A stretch of 64,000 nt of DNA from Methanosarcinaceae archaeon UBA470 (GTDB taxonomy: Archaea; Halobacteriota; Methanosarcinia; Methanosarcinales; Methanosarcinaceae): NCBI GenBank assembly GCA_002508425.1, contig DAKU01000147.1:44458-108457 (forward strand). Direction: 5' to 3'. Below are positions 9,763 to 19,590 of the stretch, one piece after another (position 1 is the first letter of the stretch; each line of letters opens with the position of its first letter). The translations under genes and the position numbers were made by a program. The notes beneath the pieces are model-generated. The model was not told where the DNA came from. It ran no database searches and saw only the letters and a list, made by a program, of their open reading frames with translations.

Positions 9763-10077
9763 GAATTTCCCCTTTCCATTTCAGGCTATGTCTAATAGTT
9801 AATCTATATTATAAATATGTATAATAGGCCAAGAGCGAGTTTTATATAGATCGAGTATATATTTAGTGGTCATTATATATTCGATCGGTGATTATCAAAT
9901 GTCTCTCAAGACTATTGAACTCAATAGACAAAGTAATTCTGGAAAAATAAACGATCTACAAGCTCATGACTCATGTGAAAGAAAAGATGGGTTTTATTCC
10001 TCATGTGGACAAGCCTTTATTCGCGTACCCACCAAGTAAATTCTATTAGGTGTTTTGTCTGAATTTCATCCGAATAA

Positions 10078-11049
10078 TTAATTGAGGATGTTTGCCAATT
10101 CTTTTTTCAATTCCTCTTTTGTAAATGAACTGTATCCATGGGTGGTTCCATTTACGGTATACATTGATTTTGGTTCGCTAGCCAATTCAAACGTTTTTTC
10201 AGCCATATCATAAGGAATTGTACTATCGTTAGTAGCATGGAACATGATCACTTTGCGGGGTGATATTGATGCTATGTAAGTTTCCGGATCAATAGATCTG
10301 TAGAACCTGTAAACATCTTCATCCACCATACTCTTATCAATAGAACCTGTTTGGTATCCTGATGTGCTGATTCCTACTACTCCTTTTATCTCAGAATCAA
10401 GAGCTGTTGCGATAATGGCAAATCTGCCACCATTACTAATTCCAAGCATGGCTATATTTTCAGGGTCCACTTCATTTTGATCTCTTAATACTTTAGCAGC
10501 CATGAGGGCATCATATATCATACTATATTCCACAGGTTCTTTTCCTTTTTCAAAAAGTTCCAGGTCTGCTTCCGGGTTAATGGCTCCCCGATTCCGCTGA
10601 TCAATAGTGATCGTAGCATATCCCATATCTGCAAGGTCAGATGCAAGTCCCTGTTGATCTTCCTTAGTAACTCCTGCACCGGGAAGCACTACTATGCCAG
10701 GAACTTTTTCTTTAGATGGGGGAAAACGCATGAGACCTTGGATAATACCATCTGTGCTCCTGAATGTGATCCATTTGAGTATATTGCTGTTTTCTGTAGT
10801 ATTACTATTGGTAATGGAATAATCTATCTTCTCTGGCATATCGTAGGACAGTTTGCCCTCATTAGAGACAGACCAGTCTTCAGAGGTGCGCATGTTGTGT
10901 AATATTCCTATAACTCCCGTGATTATCAGAACAACACCTATTCCAATTGCTATACTACGTAATTGTATGTTCTTATTGGCAGTTTGCAGGGCATTGCCTT
11001 TTATTTTTTTATTCTTTTTCATGTCATCTTCCAACTGGTCTTTCATCAT
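10078..11049 (-). CDS. membrane-anchored alpha/beta hydrolase (dienelactone hydrolase-like)
   Basis: 323-aa ORF with an N-terminal hydrophobic anchor (IAIGIGVVLIITGVIGIL), a nucleophile elbow GISNGG and a late HG motif. Confidence 0.7.
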   Translation of the reverse strand: MMKDQLEDDMKKNKKIKGNALQTANKNIQLRSIAIGIGVVLIITGVIGILHNMRTSEDWSVSNEGKLSYDMPEKIDYSITNSNTTENSNILKWITFRSTDGIIQGLMRFPPSKEKVPGIVVLPGAGVTKEDQQGLASDLADMGYATITIDQRNRGAINPEADLELFEKGKEPVEYSMIYDALMAAKVLRDQNEVDPENIAMLGISNGGRFAIIATALDSEIKGVVGISTSGYQTGSIDKSMVDEDVYRFYRSIDPETYIASISPRKVIMFHATNDSTIPYDMAEKTFELASEPKSMYTVNGTTHGYSSFTKEELKKELANILN

Positions 11050-11195
11050 TCACTACTCTAAATACTTATATTGTTTCCCGCTGAAGCTGCAAGAGAGTTG
11101 CAATTATCTATAGTGTTACTCTTTTCAATTTATTCTTCTCCGTCGCATGATTTAATGTTAAAAACAAATTTTTAGGTGTAGAATAATATATATAT

Positions 11196-13115
11196 GTGAA
11201 TGGAGAGTATGTTGATATCATGACAGTTGATCAAAAGCACAAAAAAGAGTATCTTCTGTCTGGAGGGTACGTTTCAGATGTTTTATCTGAAGGTACGTTC
11301 ATTTTTTTTACAAATGGTACATTTCTTCCATTTGAGTCTATTAATTTGGGTTATTTTTGTACGTTGCATGAAAACTGTGCTGTAAGATCGGATGCAGTAC
11401 CAGATCTATGTAATAATATCAAGTGGCCTTTTCATATACGAATGCCTGCAGCAGCAAAAGGCATTACAGATGTTATGTCCGGTAGGGAAGCGTATTTCGG
11501 ATTAGAATATTCATATGAAGGACAAGAAGGCATTTGCTGGTTCTTTATGAAAGTCTTTCCTCTATCTAGCAACTTTCCAAGCCCCGTATTTGTGTGTAAT
11601 ATGGATATCACGGAACGCAAGTCTGCAGAAATGGAAATGAGTATACTCAAGAACATGGCGAAACAGTCCATGGACAGTATGATCTACCTGGACAGAGAGT
11701 TTCGGATATTATATGTGAATAAAGCTGCAGAAGATCTTTTTGGTTGGAAGTTAGAGGAGTTGAAAGGCAAATCACTTGATCTTTTAGAAGTGGACTGTCT
11801 CAGTGAAGAAATAAAGGGTAAATTAAAAGATATCTTATTTAATGGCGGAAGGCATTCCATCGAATCTTTGTCCAAAAAAAAAGAAGGTACTACTTTCTTT
11901 TGTGAATTGGATTTTTCTCCATTTTTTGATGATGCTGGAAATATGTGTGGTTTTCTCAGCTCACAGCGGGATCTTACTCAATGGAAGCTTGCAGAAGTAA
12001 CCTTAAAAGAAAGTGAAGAAAAATTCCAGGCTCTGTATGAGAACATTCCTAGTGGTACTCTAATCATTGGACGGGATTATATTATTGAGGACGTCAATCA
12101 TAAAACTTGTGAGATCACGGGTTATTCAAGGGAAGAACTTGTAGGCCAGTTATGTGATATTCTGTGTCCAAAGGGATCTAATTCTAAAAAATGTCCTATA
12201 TGGGTTGAAGGACTTAATGGATTTCAAGGTATGGATACTACTATTAAATGCAAGGATGGCAGAAAGAATCCAATTCTCAAGAATACGAAAAGGATCAACA
12301 TTCACGGTAAACAATATATCCTTGAGAGCTTTCAGGATATCAATGAACGTAAACAGGCAGAAGAGGCAATGTTACACGCGAAGCTGGTGGCAGAGGAGGC
12401 TAGCAAGACAAAGTCCGAGTTCCTGGCGAATATGAGTCATGAACTGAGAACCCCACTTAACTCTATAATTGGTTTTTCTCAGATGTTGCATGAAGGGACA
12501 TTTGGAGATGTGAATGAAAAGCAAGATAAATATGTTCTTAACATCTTAAACAGTGGGAAACATTTACTACACCTAATCAATACAATATTAGATCTTTCTA
12601 AGGTAGAAGCAGGAAAAATGGAATTGTATTGTGAAACTTTTTATATCCAAGAGGTATTGCAAGATTTAAGGATGATCATACATCCTATGGCAATTAGGAA
12701 GAACATTCGATTTGAGATAAATGAGCTTACTAGTAATGCACAGCTATGTCTAGATAAGACAAAATTCAGACAAATAATGTATAACTTGCTTGATAACGCG
12801 GTAAAATTTACTCCATCTGAGGGATTAGTAACACTTACTGTAGAACTTGTTGATACTGAATTCCGAGCATCTATCTCAGACACCGGTATCGGAATCCCTC
12901 AACATGCTATAGATACTATATTCAAACCATTCAAGCAAGTTGATTCTTCCACTTCAAGGCTTTACGGTGGTACTGGACTGGGGCTTGCACTTGTAAAAGA
13001 GTTTGTGGGAATGCACAAAGGCAAAGTATGGGTGGAAAGTGAGGAAGGCAATGGGTCTACTTTCAAATTAATCCTTCCACAACAAGAACCATACAAAAAG
13101 GAAGTTTGCTCTTGA
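11196..13115 (+). CDS. PAS-domain sensor histidine kinase (cytoplasmic, no adjacent response regulator)
   Basis: 639-aa ORF (GTG at 11196; ATG alternative at 11220). It has repeated PAS S-box segments (DITERK, FQDINERK), the HisKA H-box FLANMSHELRTPLN, and the HATPase N/G boxes LLDNAVKFT and GGTGLGLALVKE. Confidence 0.9.
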   Translation: MNGEYVDIMTVDQKHKKEYLLSGGYVSDVLSEGTFIFFTNGTFLPFESINLGYFCTLHENCAVRSDAVPDLCNNIKWPFHIRMPAAAKGITDVMSGREAYFGLEYSYEGQEGICWFFMKVFPLSSNFPSPVFVCNMDITERKSAEMEMSILKNMAKQSMDSMIYLDREFRILYVNKAAEDLFGWKLEELKGKSLDLLEVDCLSEEIKGKLKDILFNGGRHSIESLSKKKEGTTFFCELDFSPFFDDAGNMCGFLSSQRDLTQWKLAEVTLKESEEKFQALYENIPSGTLIIGRDYIIEDVNHKTCEITGYSREELVGQLCDILCPKGSNSKKCPIWVEGLNGFQGMDTTIKCKDGRKNPILKNTKRINIHGKQYILESFQDINERKQAEEAMLHAKLVAEEASKTKSEFLANMSHELRTPLNSIIGFSQMLHEGTFGDVNEKQDKYVLNILNSGKHLLHLINTILDLSKVEAGKMELYCETFYIQEVLQDLRMIIHPMAIRKNIRFEINELTSNAQLCLDKTKFRQIMYNLLDNAVKFTPSEGLVTLTVELVDTEFRASISDTGIGIPQHAIDTIFKPFKQVDSSTSRLYGGTGLGLALVKEFVGMHKGKVWVESEEGNGSTFKLILPQQEPYKKEVCS

Positions 13116-13263
13116 AAATAAAATCTAAAGTAGGTTTTCTTAAGAGCCTATTTTTGAAAAGTAGCTCTCGTGTAAAGTGAATTATAATTATCAATAATTA
13201 CAATTCTCCAAAAAGATTATTTATTAAAATTTTATTTATATATCATAACAATGTTTTCCTTTT

Positions 13264-13431
13264 ATGCTTGAAAAATACTGGTCACTATTCCTTGTGGCAG
13301 CTATTGGACTGATAATTGTTGAATATTCTTATCTGGGAATCGGATTGTCCTTTGTGGGTTTCGCTTTAGCGAGGCACAAAGAAGATTATGTGCACATGGA
13401 CACATTCCTCCTAGATTTACAAAAACACTAG
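13264..13431 (+). CDS. candidate small membrane protein (55 aa)
   Basis: Below the ORF-track cutoff. ATG 13264 to TAG 13431 gives MLEKYWSLFLVAAIGLIIVEYSYLGIGLSFVGFALARHKEDYVHMDTFLLDLQKH with two hydrophobic helix-like stretches. A TTTATATAT TATA-like element lies about 25-30 nt upstream. No homology evidence is available. Confidence 0.3.
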   Translation: MLEKYWSLFLVAAIGLIIVEYSYLGIGLSFVGFALARHKEDYVHMDTFLLDLQKH

Positions 13432-13707
13432 TCTGTGAAGTCCATGTCAGTATCCAGTAAATAACAGATATGATAGCATGTAGTACTTGTGAGCCACTAA
13501 TCCATAGCAAGTCAATAAAGTTACTACATCGGGATAACCAGTCTGATTCTTCTTTTAAAAGGCAATTGTTATCCATACATATTCCTGCTGGATACATCAT
13601 GTCTGCCTAAAGGTGGCTTTTTAGAAGTGGTTAGCAGGAGCATGTTGTACGAATATAAGATAAGTGAAATAAACAGCAACAGCTTAGAACTATTAAATGT
13701 TTTTCAA

Positions 13708-13779
13708 CGGACCTGCCGGGACTCGAACCCGGGTTCTAAGCTCCGGAGGCTTAAGTGATATCCGCTACACTACAGGTCC
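13708..13779 (-). tRNA. tRNA-Arg (anticodon CCG)
   Basis: The reverse complement GGACCTGTAGTGTAGCGGATATCACTTAAGCCTCCGGAGCTTAGAACCCGGGTTCGAGTCCCGGCAGGTCCG folds as a cloverleaf: 7-bp acceptor GGACCTG/CAGGTCC, anticodon stem TAAGC/GCTTA with loop CTCCGGA, and T-loop TTCGAGT. No CCA is encoded. Confidence 0.9.
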
Positions 13780-13843
13780 AGAGAGTGAATACCGATAAGG
13801 TATTCATCACTGATAAATGTGCTGTTGGTGTTATTTTCAGAGG

Positions 13844-15106
13844 TCAGCGGCCTCTTGAAGGGCGCTGACTCCTTGGTCCAGATCGTTGTTTGTTCTGTGG
13901 CCGTGGCCTATCTCCAGCTCCACGCTGTTTCCTTGGAGCGGGTTTTGCTGCATCACCTGTGGCATTTTTAGCTTTCTCTGAGTGATAGTGGTGCTCTGCA
14001 ACCTCTATTTCCTGACGTGTGAGCTTTTCAATGCTTCGGAGGTAATCACGCTCATCTGCCGCACAGAATGAATAAGCTGTACCATCTGATCCTGCTCTTG
14101 CAGTACGTCCTATGCGATGCACATAATTCTCAGGTTCATTAGGAAGATCGTAATTTACAACGTGGGATATATCCTCAATATCAATTCCACGTGCAGCAAT
14201 ATCTGTTGCTACTAATACTCTTAAATTTCCGGACCTGAAGTCATCCATAGCTTTAGTTCGCTGGTTCTGCGATTTATTTCCATGAATTGCGTCTGCTTCG
14301 ATCTTATTCTTGTTAAGCATTAAGGCTATTTTGTTCGCACGGTGTTTTGTGCGAGTGAATACTAAAACACACTTTAAATGCTTATGTTGCAGAAGACCAA
14401 GCAAGAGATTATCTTTGTTTTCCTGGTCCACAAAGAAAATGAATTGATCTATTTTTTCTACTGTTGTTGCCTGCGGGGAAACTTCCACATGTACGGGGCT
14501 GGTAAGAAGTTTCCGGGCAAGTTCTGCTATCTGCGGGGACATAGTAGCAGAGAAGAAAAGTGATTGCCTTTTTACAGGAAGTAAAGAAACTATCTTGTAC
14601 ACGTCTTTGATAAATCCCATGTCTAACATTCTATCGGCTTCATCAAGTACAAAGAACTCAACACCATTTAGTTTTACGTATCCTTGGTCTATGAGGTCAA
14701 GAAGTCTTCCAGGGGTAGCTATAAGAACGTCAACACCTTGGGAAAGGGCTTTCACCTGAGGTCCCTGTCCTACACCACCAAATACAACAGTGTGTCTGAA
14801 TCTTATGAATTTTCCATAAGCGGAAAAACTGTCTCCAATCTGCGCTGCAAGTTCCCTCGTTGGTGCAAGTACAAGTACCCGTGGTAGTCCAGGTTTGGAG
14901 GGTTTATGGACATCTGATATTTTTTGGAGTATGGGTAATACGAATGCTGCAGTTTTGCCTGTACCGGTCTGGGCAATACCTATAAGGTCTCTGTTTTCCA
15001 ATAGGTGCGGTATAGCTTGTGTTTGTATAGGTGTAGGAGTGGTATATCCTTCGTTTTCAAGTGCTCTTTGAAGTGATTTTTTGAGCTTTAGGTTTTCAAA
15101 TGACAT
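13844..15106 (-). CDS. DEAD-box ATP-dependent RNA helicase with basic R/G/Q-rich C-terminal tail
   Basis: 420-aa ORF with motifs AQTGTGKT, PTRELA, VLDEADRMLDMGF, SAT and HRIGRTARAG. Confidence 0.95.
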   Translation of the reverse strand: MSFENLKLKKSLQRALENEGYTTPTPIQTQAIPHLLENRDLIGIAQTGTGKTAAFVLPILQKISDVHKPSKPGLPRVLVLAPTRELAAQIGDSFSAYGKFIRFRHTVVFGGVGQGPQVKALSQGVDVLIATPGRLLDLIDQGYVKLNGVEFFVLDEADRMLDMGFIKDVYKIVSLLPVKRQSLFFSATMSPQIAELARKLLTSPVHVEVSPQATTVEKIDQFIFFVDQENKDNLLLGLLQHKHLKCVLVFTRTKHRANKIALMLNKNKIEADAIHGNKSQNQRTKAMDDFRSGNLRVLVATDIAARGIDIEDISHVVNYDLPNEPENYVHRIGRTARAGSDGTAYSFCAADERDYLRSIEKLTRQEIEVAEHHYHSEKAKNATGDAAKPAPRKQRGAGDRPRPQNKQRSGPRSQRPSRGR

Positions 15107-15559
15107 TTTACCTCTTGATTTGATTTTACACAGAAATTAGTATAGTTTCAGACTCAAATTCAGGATAAATCAATTAAAGTGATGATCTTGTAAAATGCTC
15201 ATTGCAGAGCTTCACTTTAATCTCACAAATGTGATATATTTCCAGAACAAAAGAACCAAGTTCTTAATATTATTGCTATCTCTTTTTTTCTGTGTACGAA
15301 TAAATTTGATTATTATTTCGGCTAATTCTAATGAATGATTGCATTGAACGACTTTTTATTATTTTAATCTATTTGCGACTCAAAGACAAGGCAAATTTTG
15401 TAATCTCTTAAAATTACAGGTATACTTTCTACTTACCTATAATTATTCGTTACCATTCGACTATGGACTCTTAATATCTGCAAGATACTGATCTCATATC
15501 TCGAATAGCATCAAAAAGAATATTAACTTAAGAATATTAGTAGAAGTTGGAGGATTATC

Positions 15560-15781
15560 ATGACCCATACAGAAAAGACTGTATCTCACAGGAAAGCGTC
15601 CGTAGAGATAAGTAAAAATGGTCCTTATATAGTAAAGAATATGGATAATTTCATCAATTCACAAGGGGTTTCTTTAGCAACTCAGCCTGTAATGGCTTTG
15701 TGCAGATGCGGTGGGTCGAATAACAAACCCTTCTGTGATGGCACACACAGCTCTATTAATTTCGAAGATGATCAGAACTAG
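15560..15781 (+). CDS. CDGSH iron-sulfur domain protein
   Basis: 73-aa ORF with GGAGG 6 nt upstream and the [2Fe-2S] CDGSH-type signature CRCGGSNNKPFCDGTH. Confidence 0.85.
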   Translation: MTHTEKTVSHRKASVEISKNGPYIVKNMDNFINSQGVSLATQPVMALCRCGGSNNKPFCDGTHSSINFEDDQN

Positions 15782-15828
15782 ATAAGTCTGTTCATTATAT
15801 TTTATTGGGTTACAGTTTGAATAAAGGG

Positions 15829-15856
15829 GAAAAAGCTCTTTCAGAGCTTTTTTTTC
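15829..15856. terminator. bidirectional hairpin/oligo-T terminator between convergent genes
   Basis: AAAAAGCTCT-ttc-AGAGCTTTTTTTT forms a perfect 10-bp stem flanked by an A-run and a T-run, sitting exactly between the CDGSH stop and the DUF1641 stop. Confidence 0.5.
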
Positions 15857-16223
15857 AAGTATCTTTTGTTGCTCTTCCCATGGCTTTGAGTAACTCTATT
15901 GTTATACCCATCCCTCTTTGAAAGTCTTCATTTCCCATTTCTCTGAGAAGACCTGTAATGCCAATTTTATGCGGATCTATTAATGCTTTATCGAGCTGTG
16001 GATCTTGAATAGCTCTTTCCATTACGTCAACAAAATCTGTACTCATTATTGCATTGGTTATCTTTAACACGGTTGACATCAGTCGTGCAATACCATGGGC
16101 TGTCTCATCGTTTATATAGTTCTGCAGCATACCTACTGTCCGCGCAAGGTCCAGAATAGCTTCAATATCAGTTGGTGTCATTTCAATTCCTGATATCTTG
16201 TCTGTATTGTTTTCGCCTGTCAT
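15855..16223 (-). CDS. DUF1641 domain-containing protein
   Basis: 122-aa ORF immediately downstream of an FAD oxidoreductase (12-nt gap). I recall the size, helical character and this pairing as typical of DUF1641. Confidence 0.6.
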   Translation of the reverse strand: MTGENNTDKISGIEMTPTDIEAILDLARTVGMLQNYINDETAHGIARLMSTVLKITNAIMSTDFVDVMERAIQDPQLDKALIDPHKIGITGLLREMGNEDFQRGMGITIELLKAMGRATKDT

Positions 16224-16235
16224 ATTCCTGCCTCC

Positions 16236-17426
16236 TCAGAACATCCCCTTTACACTGATGTCCCAGTGTATGTGATAGTACATGCGGTAGAAGAACCAGC
16301 CCATCTTTGTGGTTGTGAAGGGAGCCGGGGGCACTCCGTATTTCCAGGTTGCGATGTAGCCTTTTCCCGGTGTGCCAGGTGATTCCAGTTCAGTGACAAT
16401 AGGACATCCTGTTTCTCCCCTATAGGGGGTCTTTATCTTATTTCCATAAATATCGTTGATGAGGTTCTGGCTCACAGCGATAGCCTGGTAATGGGCACCA
16501 AGCCCAGTTTTGAGGATTTCAGCAGGGCCAAGGTCCCCAAGGACATATACATTGTCATAGTTACCTGCGGGTCCTCTGTACTGAAGTGTGGCGTTGTCTG
16601 CAGCTAGCCAGCCATTCTCACCTGCAAGACCGGAATCTATCAGCACCTGTGGAGCCTTATGTGGCGGAACTGTGATCAAAATGTCATAGTTTATCTTATT
16701 CCCATTCTTTGATGTTATTTCCTTTTTATTTGCATCAACGCTAGCCAGCGGGAAATTCCTTATGACTTCAACATTCTTTTGGTTGAACTCTTCTGTAACA
16801 AGCTTGTTAAAAGCTGGTGGTCCTATAGGCTCCATGGGCCAGACAAGAGTCAGCTGTACATCATCCCTGTTCTTTTTAACGTTGCGCAGATAGCTGTCCA
16901 GCATAAACGTGAATTTCACTGGTGCTCCTGGACATGGCACGGGCATGGAGGCTACGGAAACTACAACTTTTCCACCATTTATGTTTTCTACCAGATCCCT
17001 TACCTTAAATGCGTCTTCTATTGATGTGTAGAAAGTGTTCAGATCATCTACAAGCCCTGGAACTGCATTAATGTCAGCTCTGCACCCCATTGCTATAACA
17101 AGGTGGTCATAACCATATTTTTTATCACTTCTTACAGTTACCTCTTTATTCTTAAGGTCTACTGCTGTCACTTCCCCGTCTTTTCCAAATAAAGCTTTCA
17201 CTCTAGGGCTTATAAGTTTCTTTCTTGGTCTTGTAATCTCTTCAGGCGTATAGAGTTCAAAAGGAATAAATGTAAAACCACCCTGGTTTATATTGAGATC
17301 ACTTTTGTCAAGAATCGTTATTTCTAGCTCTTCTCTGGCAATCTTATTCCTTAACTCTCTGGCTAATATATTTGCTACCACCGATCCGGCATAGCCTGCT
17401 CCCAAAATCAGTACTTTTTCTTTCAT
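16236..17426 (-). CDS. FAD-dependent pyridine nucleotide-disulfide oxidoreductase (SQR / type II NADH dehydrogenase-like)
   Basis: ORF 16236..17492. The inner ATG at 17426 is preferred because it is preceded by GGGAG and starts MKEKVLILGAGYAGSVVA (Rossmann GxGxxG). A second dinucleotide-fold region is present (LVIAMGC). Confidence 0.8.
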   Translation of the reverse strand: MKEKVLILGAGYAGSVVANILARELRNKIAREELEITILDKSDLNINQGGFTFIPFELYTPEEITRPRKKLISPRVKALFGKDGEVTAVDLKNKEVTVRSDKKYGYDHLVIAMGCRADINAVPGLVDDLNTFYTSIEDAFKVRDLVENINGGKVVVSVASMPVPCPGAPVKFTFMLDSYLRNVKKNRDDVQLTLVWPMEPIGPPAFNKLVTEEFNQKNVEVIRNFPLASVDANKKEITSKNGNKINYDILITVPPHKAPQVLIDSGLAGENGWLAADNATLQYRGPAGNYDNVYVLGDLGPAEILKTGLGAHYQAIAVSQNLINDIYGNKIKTPYRGETGCPIVTELESPGTPGKGYIATWKYGVPPAPFTTTKMGWFFYRMYYHIHWDISVKGMF

Positions 17427-17811
17427 GGTAACTCCCATTTTTATTATTAGTTCTTTTTTATATATGTTACGGTACTGATACTTTTTCTTCATAGTATTTA
17501 AGAAAATGGAAGTACTTCATAATAAGGACATTTAACAGCAGTTCTATAACAAAAATGGATCTCCACAACATTGAGTGGGTAAATTTGTATGGGATTTGGA
17601 ATAAAAGAATGTTCTAATTTACTGACCATATCTTGGCTGTAAGGATAAGCAATGTCACATGATTCAGATTCTAACTATCAACAAGCATTTAGTATGCAGA
17701 GAATTGTTCTCCTAAAGAAGGTTAGCGATATATTGGTGTTGAAATTACCCACACGATGTTGAAAAGACCCACAAAAATCTTTCACAGCTAACACTAGTGG
17801 CATGATGAAAT

Positions 17812-17852
17812 TGAATAAAGAAAAATAGAGGGTTACAGAATTGATCTGTAAC
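17812..17852 (-). terminator. hairpin + T-tract downstream of S10 (end of the rpo/str block)
   Basis: On the minus strand, GTTACAGA-tcaat-TCTGTAAC (8-bp stem) is followed by CCTCTATTTTTCTTTATT, beginning 10 nt after the S10 stop. Confidence 0.5.
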
Positions 17853-17861
17853 TTTATGTTT

Positions 17862-18206
<345 letters not shown>

Positions 18207-19475
18207 TTATTTCTGTTTGACACTCATGCACATGCCGGCAGCAATGGTCATTCCCATATCGCGGATGGCGAACCTTCCAAGCTGTGGAATGGTTTTTACT
18301 GGTTCAATACACATTGGCTTTGTCGGCCTGACGGTTACAATTGCCGCATCTCCAGCCTTTATGAAGGTTGGGTTCTCTTCCTTGACTTGTCCAGACTTGG
18401 GGTCAAGCTTCTTGTCGATTGACATCAGAGTACATGCGGTCTGTGTAGTGTGGCAGTGGAATACTGGTGTGTATCCAATAGTAATTGCAGATGGGTGCTG
18501 GAGTACCACAATCTGTGCAGTGAACTCTTCAGCAACGCTTGGTGGGTTGTCTGTGTGTCCGCATACGTCTCCTCTGCGTACGTCAGCCTTTCCTACGCCT
18601 CTTACGTTCCAGCCAATGTTGTCGCCTGGGGTAGCCTGTGGAATTTCTTCATGGTGCATTTCGATAGACTTTACTTCTCCACCTGCGCCGGTTGGCATGA
18701 ATACCACTTTGTCGCCCTTCTTCATTATACCGGTTTCTACTCTGCCTACTGGGACAGTTCCAATACCGGAAATGGTGTATGCATCCTGGACTGGAATCCT
18801 GAGTGGGAGTTTGTCTGGCTTCTCTGGTGTCTTAAGAGCGTTAAGAGCATCAAGGATGGATGGTCCCTTGTACCATGGTGTGTTCGCGCTTGGGGATGTC
18901 TTTATGTTGTCGCCCTCAAATGCAGAGGTTGGGATGAATGGGATCTCAGATGCCTTGAAACCAACCATACCGAGTAACTGTGAAACCTGTTCCTTTACTT
19001 CTTTGTATCTTTCTTCGCTGTACTTTGAAGCGTCCATCTTGTTGACGGCAATAATCAGCTGGTTGATACCAAGGGTTCTGGAAAGGAATATGTGTTCTCT
19101 TGTCTGTGCCATTACACCGTCAGGTGCAGCTACTACAAGAATTGCTGCATCTGCCTGGGATGCGCCTGTGATCATGTTCTTAACGAAGTCACGGTGTCCA
19201 GGGCAGTCCACGACTGTAAAATAGAATTTGTCAGTGTCGAACCTTCTGTGGGCGATATCAATGGTGATACCTCTTTCTCTCTCCTCTTTAAGGGAGTCCA
19301 TAACCCATGCAAAGGCAAAGGATTCTTTTCCTTTCTCTTTTGCTTCCTGCTTGTACTTCTCTATCATGTGTGCAGGTACTGCTCCAGTATCGAACATCAA
19401 TCTTCCGACAAGTGTAGATTTGCCGTGGTCAATATGACCGATGACTGCTAAGTTCATGTGTGGTTTGTCAGCCAT
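18207..19475 (-). CDS. tuf: translation elongation factor 1-alpha (aEF-1A)
   Basis: 422-aa ORF with G-domain motifs [17 protein letters not shown] and NKMD. Confidence 0.97.
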   Translation of the reverse strand: MADKPHMNLAVIGHIDHGKSTLVGRLMFDTGAVPAHMIEKYKQEAKEKGKESFAFAWVMDSLKEERERGITIDIAHRRFDTDKFYFTVVDCPGHRDFVKNMITGASQADAAILVVAAPDGVMAQTREHIFLSRTLGINQLIIAVNKMDASKYSEERYKEVKEQVSQLLGMVGFKASEIPFIPTSAFEGDNIKTSPSANTPWYKGPSILDALNALKTPEKPDKLPLRIPVQDAYTISGIGTVPVGRVETGIMKKGDKVVFMPTGAGGEVKSIEMHHEEIPQATPGDNIGWNVRGVGKADVRRGDVCGHTDNPPSVAEEFTAQIVVLQHPSAITIGYTPVFHCHTTQTACTLMSIDKKLDPKSGQVKEENPTFIKAGDAAIVTVRPTKPMCIEPVKTIPQLGRFAIRDMGMTIAAGMCMSVKQK

Positions 19476-19590
19476 TTTAATCGTCTCCTATTTGATATTG
19501 CTTAAGTATGATTTGTCCTAATGGTTTTTTCTACGTTTAAACCTTTCCAAAGCAAAGGTGAGAGGACTGAGGCATAAGCCTCTCCTCTAC

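Noticed and set aside
11196-13115. Histidine kinase as part of a novel signalling module
   Set aside because: It is an ordinary soluble multi-PAS HisKA/HATPase kinase. The lack of an adjacent response regulator is common in Methanosarcinales.
13301-13600. 99-aa minus-strand ORF in the spacer after the histidine kinase
   Set aside because: It has junk-like composition and no RBS or TATA in a sensible position, and it overlaps the more plausible plus-strand 55-aa membrane ORF.
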